Positions 6,783 through 10,673 of a stretch of 10,673 nucleotides of DNA are shown here, one piece after another. The stretch comes from Archangiaceae bacterium. GTDB lineage: Bacteria > Myxococcota > Myxococcia > Myxococcales > Myxococcaceae. A program made the translations under genes and the position numbers. The first letter of the stretch is position 1. Every line of letters starts with the position of its first letter. Location of the stretch: NCBI GenBank assembly GCA_043750125.1, contig JAYVCD010000279.1, forward strand, positions 1 through 10,673, in the 5' to 3' direction. Under the pieces are notes generated by a model that was not told the origin of the DNA, did not search any database, and worked only from the letters and a program-made list of their open reading frames with translations.

Positions 6783-8375
6783 ATGAAGACGATCGGAAAA
6801 ATCAGCGGAGGGCTGGGGCTGTTGGTGTTGATCACCAGCCCATTCACGCTGTTCTCCACCTCGGGGTCTTTTCTGGCCGCCGGGATCAAGGCCGCGGTCG
6901 GGGCTGGCTTGATCCTGTTCTGGCTCTTGACCCGGCCCCCCCGGGACGCGTCGGAAGAGCTGAAGGGCACGATGGGCTCGAGCGCGCGCGCCGGGTTCTT
7001 CTATTCTTCTTCAGTGATGATGATCGTCGCGCTGCTCGGCGCGCTCGCCGCGGTGAACTTCATCGCCGCCAAGCGCGGGAAGACGTGGGACCTGACCAAC
7101 CGACAGATTCATTCGTTGGCTCCGCAAAGCGCTCAGGCCCTCAAGGCGCTCAAGCAGCCGGTCAAAGTGCTCGCCTTTCTGCCCGGAGGTCACGCGGCGT
7201 TCGAAGAGTTCGAGCCGATCTTGAAGAAGTACGCCGACGCGAGCGAGAAGTTTTCCTTCGAGTTCAAGGACCCCTTCAAGTCGCCCGACCTCGTCGCCAA
7301 GTACCAGCTGCGCCAGGGCCAACTGCCGATTGTCTTAACCCAGGGAACCGGCACCGAAGAGACTCACACCAACCTCAATGCCGACACGCTGAACGAAGAA
7401 GCGCTCACCCGCGCGATCGTGAAGCTCAATACCGTCGGAACCCAGAAGGTCTACTTCATCGTCGGCCATGGCGAATGGACGCTGGGTGCGCGCCCCGCGA
7501 CCACGCTCGAGGACCTCTCGAATTACACCTCGGCCTCGCGCTTCAAGGCGAGCCTGGTGCCCGAAGGCTACGCGCCGGAAGAGCTCAACCTGGTGCAGAG
7601 CCGCGACATCCCCCGCGACGCCAGCTTGCTGATCATCGCCGCGGCGTCGGTGAAGTTTTCGGATCGCGAGATCGTGCTGCTCGAGCAGTACCTGGCGCAG
7701 GGCGGCCGGCTGCTCTACTTCGCCGAGCAGGGCCGAGAGCCCGGCCTCGATGGACTGTTGGGCCGCTACGGGGTGCAGGTCGACAATGGAGTGCTGACCG
7801 AGGACCCGCGCAACCCGTATGTGATCATCAGCTCGAGCTATGCCGAGCACGAAATCTCAAAGCCGCTGATCGACAAACAGCTGAACCTCGAGATGCCAAC
7901 GGCGCGGGGCTTGTCGATGTTGAAACAAGGGGTCGAGCAGGGAGTGACCGTCACGCCCATCGCGACGACCTCGACGTTCGCCTGGGAAGAGACAAACCCG
8001 GCCGACGAACGACCCACGCTCGACAGTGGAGAGAAGACCGGAGCAATTCCGATCGTCGTTGCTGCGGTCCGGTCGGTGGGTGAGGTGCCGAACAAGCGCT
8101 TTGACCAGGGTCGCCTGGTGGTCTTTGGCGACGCGCAGTTCATCACCGATGGGTTGATCGGCCACGAGCCCGGCCGGAATCTGGTCATGAACTCAGTCGC
8201 GTGGGCTTCGAACCAACTGCAGAACATCACCATTCGACCTCCCGACCGGGACCTCTCGACCATCGATCTCGACAGCGCGATGCTGGCAAAAATCCGCTTC
8301 CTCGCGATGGATCTGTTGCCGGTGTTGATGGCGGGCATCGGGCTGGCGATCTGGATGACGCGGCGAAGCAAGTGA
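6783..8375 (+). CDS. GldG-family ABC transporter auxiliary component
   Basis: N-terminal TM helices, WDLTNRQIHSLAPQS, KVYFIVGHGE, YLAQGGRLL, RLVVFGDAQF and NLVMNSVAW, plus a C-terminal TM helix ending RRSK. It starts 1 nt after the permease stop. Confidence 0.9.
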   Translation: MKTIGKISGGLGLLVLITSPFTLFSTSGSFLAAGIKAAVGAGLILFWLLTRPPRDASEELKGTMGSSARAGFFYSSSVMMIVALLGALAAVNFIAAKRGKTWDLTNRQIHSLAPQSAQALKALKQPVKVLAFLPGGHAAFEEFEPILKKYADASEKFSFEFKDPFKSPDLVAKYQLRQGQLPIVLTQGTGTEETHTNLNADTLNEEALTRAIVKLNTVGTQKVYFIVGHGEWTLGARPATTLEDLSNYTSASRFKASLVPEGYAPEELNLVQSRDIPRDASLLIIAAASVKFSDREIVLLEQYLAQGGRLLYFAEQGREPGLDGLLGRYGVQVDNGVLTEDPRNPYVIISSSYAEHEISKPLIDKQLNLEMPTARGLSMLKQGVEQGVTVTPIATTSTFAWEETNPADERPTLDSGEKTGAIPIVVAAVRSVGEVPNKRFDQGRLVVFGDAQFITDGLIGHEPGRNLVMNSVAWASNQLQNITIRPPDRDLSTIDLDSAMLAKIRFLAMDLLPVLMAGIGLAIWMTRRSK

Positions 8376-9835
8376 CTCAGGCCAATCGCACCCTGGTGTT
8401 GCTGGGGGGGCTGACCGTGGCGGCGATCGGCGTCGGGCTCTACGCGTATTTCGGGATCCAGAAGCCCGACGAGCACGCGGCGAAGGTGAAAGATCGAAAC
8501 GAGCGGCTCTTCGACCCGCTGAAGCTCGAAGAGAAAACGACCGATGGGGGCCTGCCCAAAACCGAGTTCAGCCGGATCAGCGTCACCTTTGCCGACGAGA
8601 CGACATTGCTGGCCCGCGAGGCAGGAAAAGAGTGGCAGCTCACCTCGCCGGTGCAGGGGCCGGCCGACAAGCTGGCGGTGGACCAGGTCGTCAGTCAGCT
8701 GCAACAGGCGAAGTTCAAGCAGGTGATCGAAGAGAAGCCTGACGATGCGGCGCTCGCGAAGTACGGGCTCAAGCCTCCCCAGTTCGTCGTCACGGCCGAG
8801 GCCCGGGTCGGACCAGCGGGCGAGCCCCGAACGCTGAAGCTCGAGGGCGGCATCGAGAACACCTTCGATGGGACTGTCTATTTGCGGCGCGAGGGCGACC
8901 CTCGGGTCTGGTCGGCTGAAGGCGGAGTGCGGTGGAGTCTGCAGAAATCGACCTTCGATTTTCGCGAGAAAGCGGTTTTCGGAATCGACGAAGCGAAGGC
9001 CACGAAGCTCGAAGTGAAGACGAAGGAGAACCAATACACGCTCGAGCGCGACGCGCAGAAGAGTTGGCGGCTCGTCAAGCCCGACCTGGCAGGGGCCGAT
9101 CAAACCACTCTGGAGGGGATGTTCGGGACGCTGAAGACCGACCGGGCTCTCTCATTTCCCCCGGACACTGCCCAGGCACGCAAGAGCTTCGAAGCCCCGC
9201 TGGTCGACGCGACCTTCACGCTCGACACCGGCCCGACGGTGCGGATTCGGTTCGCGAAGGTCGGCACTCAAATCTGGATGCTGCGCGAAGAGGGCTCCCA
9301 GAGCGTGATCGCCGAGTTCCCGGTTTCGTCCTCGGGTCAACTCAACCGCAATCCGAACGACCTGAAAGACCGGTTGGTCCTGACCTTCAAGAAGGAACAG
9401 GTCTCGAAGATCGTCTTTCGATCTCCGACAGCCCCGGAGCTCGTCGTCGAGCGGCCCCGAAGCGCAGACGGCGGCACCGCCGAGGCGTGGCAGGTCATTG
9501 CCCCCAAAACCGGGCCCGCGAAGACGTTCAAAGTCGCCTCGGTGCTTTGGACGCTTGGAGCACTCAAGGCGAACACCGTGTTGGAAGGGAACCCGAAGGA
9601 CTGGGGCAAGTACGGCCTCGATGCAAAGGCCAGGTCGGTGACGCTCTATGGGTACGACGCGAAAGAGCTGGCGCGACTGATCATCGGAAAGGAAGTGCTC
9701 GGCAAGGTCGCCACCGTCTACCTGCGCGGAACCCGCGGCGAGGTCATCGAAGGGGACAACAGCCGGCTCAGCGAGTTGCCGTCGGTCCTCGACGACGTGT
9801 TGGATCGGCCGTTGGAAATCGACGCTGGCCGTTAG
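8372..9835 (+). CDS. DUF4340 domain-containing membrane-anchored protein (487 aa; GTG start overlapping the GldG-like stop)
   Basis: GTGA overlap at 8372-8375 and N-terminal anchor RTLVLLGGLTVAAIGVGLYAYFG. W-x-L-x-x-P...AD and KYGL motifs are repeated. It occupies the usual fourth position of GldA/F/G-like operons. Confidence 0.85.
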   Translation: MTQANRTLVLLGGLTVAAIGVGLYAYFGIQKPDEHAAKVKDRNERLFDPLKLEEKTTDGGLPKTEFSRISVTFADETTLLAREAGKEWQLTSPVQGPADKLAVDQVVSQLQQAKFKQVIEEKPDDAALAKYGLKPPQFVVTAEARVGPAGEPRTLKLEGGIENTFDGTVYLRREGDPRVWSAEGGVRWSLQKSTFDFREKAVFGIDEAKATKLEVKTKENQYTLERDAQKSWRLVKPDLAGADQTTLEGMFGTLKTDRALSFPPDTAQARKSFEAPLVDATFTLDTGPTVRIRFAKVGTQIWMLREEGSQSVIAEFPVSSSGQLNRNPNDLKDRLVLTFKKEQVSKIVFRSPTAPELVVERPRSADGGTAEAWQVIAPKTGPAKTFKVASVLWTLGALKANTVLEGNPKDWGKYGLDAKARSVTLYGYDAKELARLIIGKEVLGKVATVYLRGTRGEVIEGDNSRLSELPSVLDDVLDRPLEIDAGR

Positions 9836-9873
9836 GCAAGCACGCCACGCTGCGCGCGAATAACCTGCACCCC

Positions 9874-10507
9874 ATGAACGGGCTGGGAGCAGGGTTGGCG
9901 TCCGGCATGTGATCAGCGACATGTTGGGGATGCCGGCGAAAGACTGGGCCAAACTGAAGGGTTGGTCTGACGCGCTGGCGGCTTTCATCGGCGCAAGCCA
10001 GATGACGCCCGCGGTCGTCGAGGGGGCCCTGCGCAGCGACCACCAACCTGATTGGCAATGGCGTGCTCGCCTTGCTGCAGAACCCGGAGCAGTTGGCGCG
10101 GCTGCGCTCTGAGCCCCAGCTCATCGGCTCGGCGGTCGAAGAGATCCTGCGTTACGACAGCCCGGTTCAGCGCATGGGGCGGGTGGTGGCCGAAGAAGTC
10201 AGCCTCAGGGAAAAGACCCTGAAGGTGGGCGATCGGGTATTCATGGTGATGGGCGCGGCCAACCGCGAACCCTGCGCAGTTCGATCGTCCCGAAGCCTTT
10301 GACGTGGGACGCAAAGAGAATCGCCACCTGTCGTTGGGGCTGGGAATCCACTTCTGCATCGGGGCGGCGCTGGGCCGGCTCGAGGCACAGCTGGCAATCT
10401 CCGAGCTGCTGCGCCGCGCTCCGAAGTTGGAAATGGGCACGACCTTGCTGGCCTGGATGGAGAACCTGACGATCCGGGGAGTGAAGTCCCTGCCCGTTGC
10501 AGTTTGA
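9874..10507 (+). pseudogene. Cytochrome P450 pseudogene
   Basis: Fragments in different frames: VISDMLGMPAKDWAKLKGWSDAL (from 9909); TTNLIGNGVLALLQNPEQLARL...AVEEILRYDSPVQ...GAANR (from 10039; ExxR motif); PAQFDRPEAFDVGRKENRHLSLGLGIHFCIGAALGRLE (from 10271; heme Cys at 10355-10357) to stop 10507. P450 homology is clear from 9909. The 9874 start is inferred. Confidence 0.93.
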
Positions 10508-10516
10508 AGTGCCGGT

Positions 10517-10673
10517 CTAGGACGGGGGCCACCCCGCGCCGAACGCCTTCGCGTCGAGCCCGCGCATCGTAAACAGCGCCTTCCACTGGTCGGGGGAGTA
10601 GGCGTTGGCCACTCCGGGATATCTGCGCGCGAGGTCGGCAGCCTTGCCTGAGTCCATCGGTCCGACGGGCGAC
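10517..10673 (-). CDS. 3' end of a hypothetical protein running off the window
   Basis: Open frame from the edge, ...SPVGPMDSGKAADLARRYPGVANAYSPDQWKALFTMRGLDAKAFGAGWPPS*, with TAG at 10519-10517. Third codon positions are GC-rich and it converges on the P450 remnant. Confidence 0.65.
   Translation of the reverse strand, partial: SPVGPMDSGKAADLARRYPGVANAYSPDQWKALFTMRGLDAKAFGAGWPPS

Noticed and set aside
8201..8371. Upstream start of the DUF4340 ORF
   Set aside because: It lies inside the GldG-like gene. The GTGA overlap at 8372 followed by a TM anchor is the plausible start.
5256..8375. Assigning gldA/gldF/gldG symbols and a gliding-motility function
   Set aside because: Only family-level similarity is visible. 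Function outside Bacteroidota is not established.
10261..10280. Programmed frameshift in the P450
   Set aside because: There is no slippery sequence, and the gene has other inactivating deletions.
570..10586. Many long antisense or alternate-frame ORFs (e.g. 1166-1834+, 2228-2935+, 3245-4024+, 5088-5897-, 7085-8083+, 7838-9103-, 8932-9912+, 9152-9988-)
   Set aside because: These are shadow ORFs expected in high-GC DNA. They are Arg/Pro-rich, carry no motifs, and largely overlap well-supported genes.
1..10673. CRISPR array, tRNA/rRNA, IS/transposase, prophage or defence genes
   Set aside because: No regularly spaced repeats, cloverleafs, terminal inverted repeats or matching protein motifs were seen. 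Nearly all sequence is explained by the genes and pseudogenes listed.

Overview
GC-rich bacterial window, probably from a myxobacterium (Myxococcota). This is inferred from gene content, composition and DGG/DAG linkers in an exported protein. Contents, left to right: (1) 3' part of a GAF-GGDEF diguanylate cyclase. (2) A minus-strand cluster of aspartokinase, an atypical NarL/LuxR-type regulator, an intact signal-less S1C (HtrA-like) PDZ protease, and a hidden, internally deleted and frameshifted second S1C-PDZ protease (1022-1301) that the ORF track misses. (3) A secreted protein with two tandem 4-Cys domains, followed by a GldA/GldF/GldG-like ABC transporter plus DUF4340 operon. (4) A cytochrome P450 pseudogene with two large deletions and a frameshift. 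(5) The 3' end of an unknown minus-strand gene. The best candidate for an under-described system is the regulator/twin cytoplasmic protease module. Its 69-bp intergenic region holds a perfect palindrome centred at about -42.5 relative to a TATCTT -10, plus a 7-bp hairpin that would hide the protease Shine-Dalgarno only in read-through RNA. No CRISPR array, rRNA, tRNA or mobile element was recognised.
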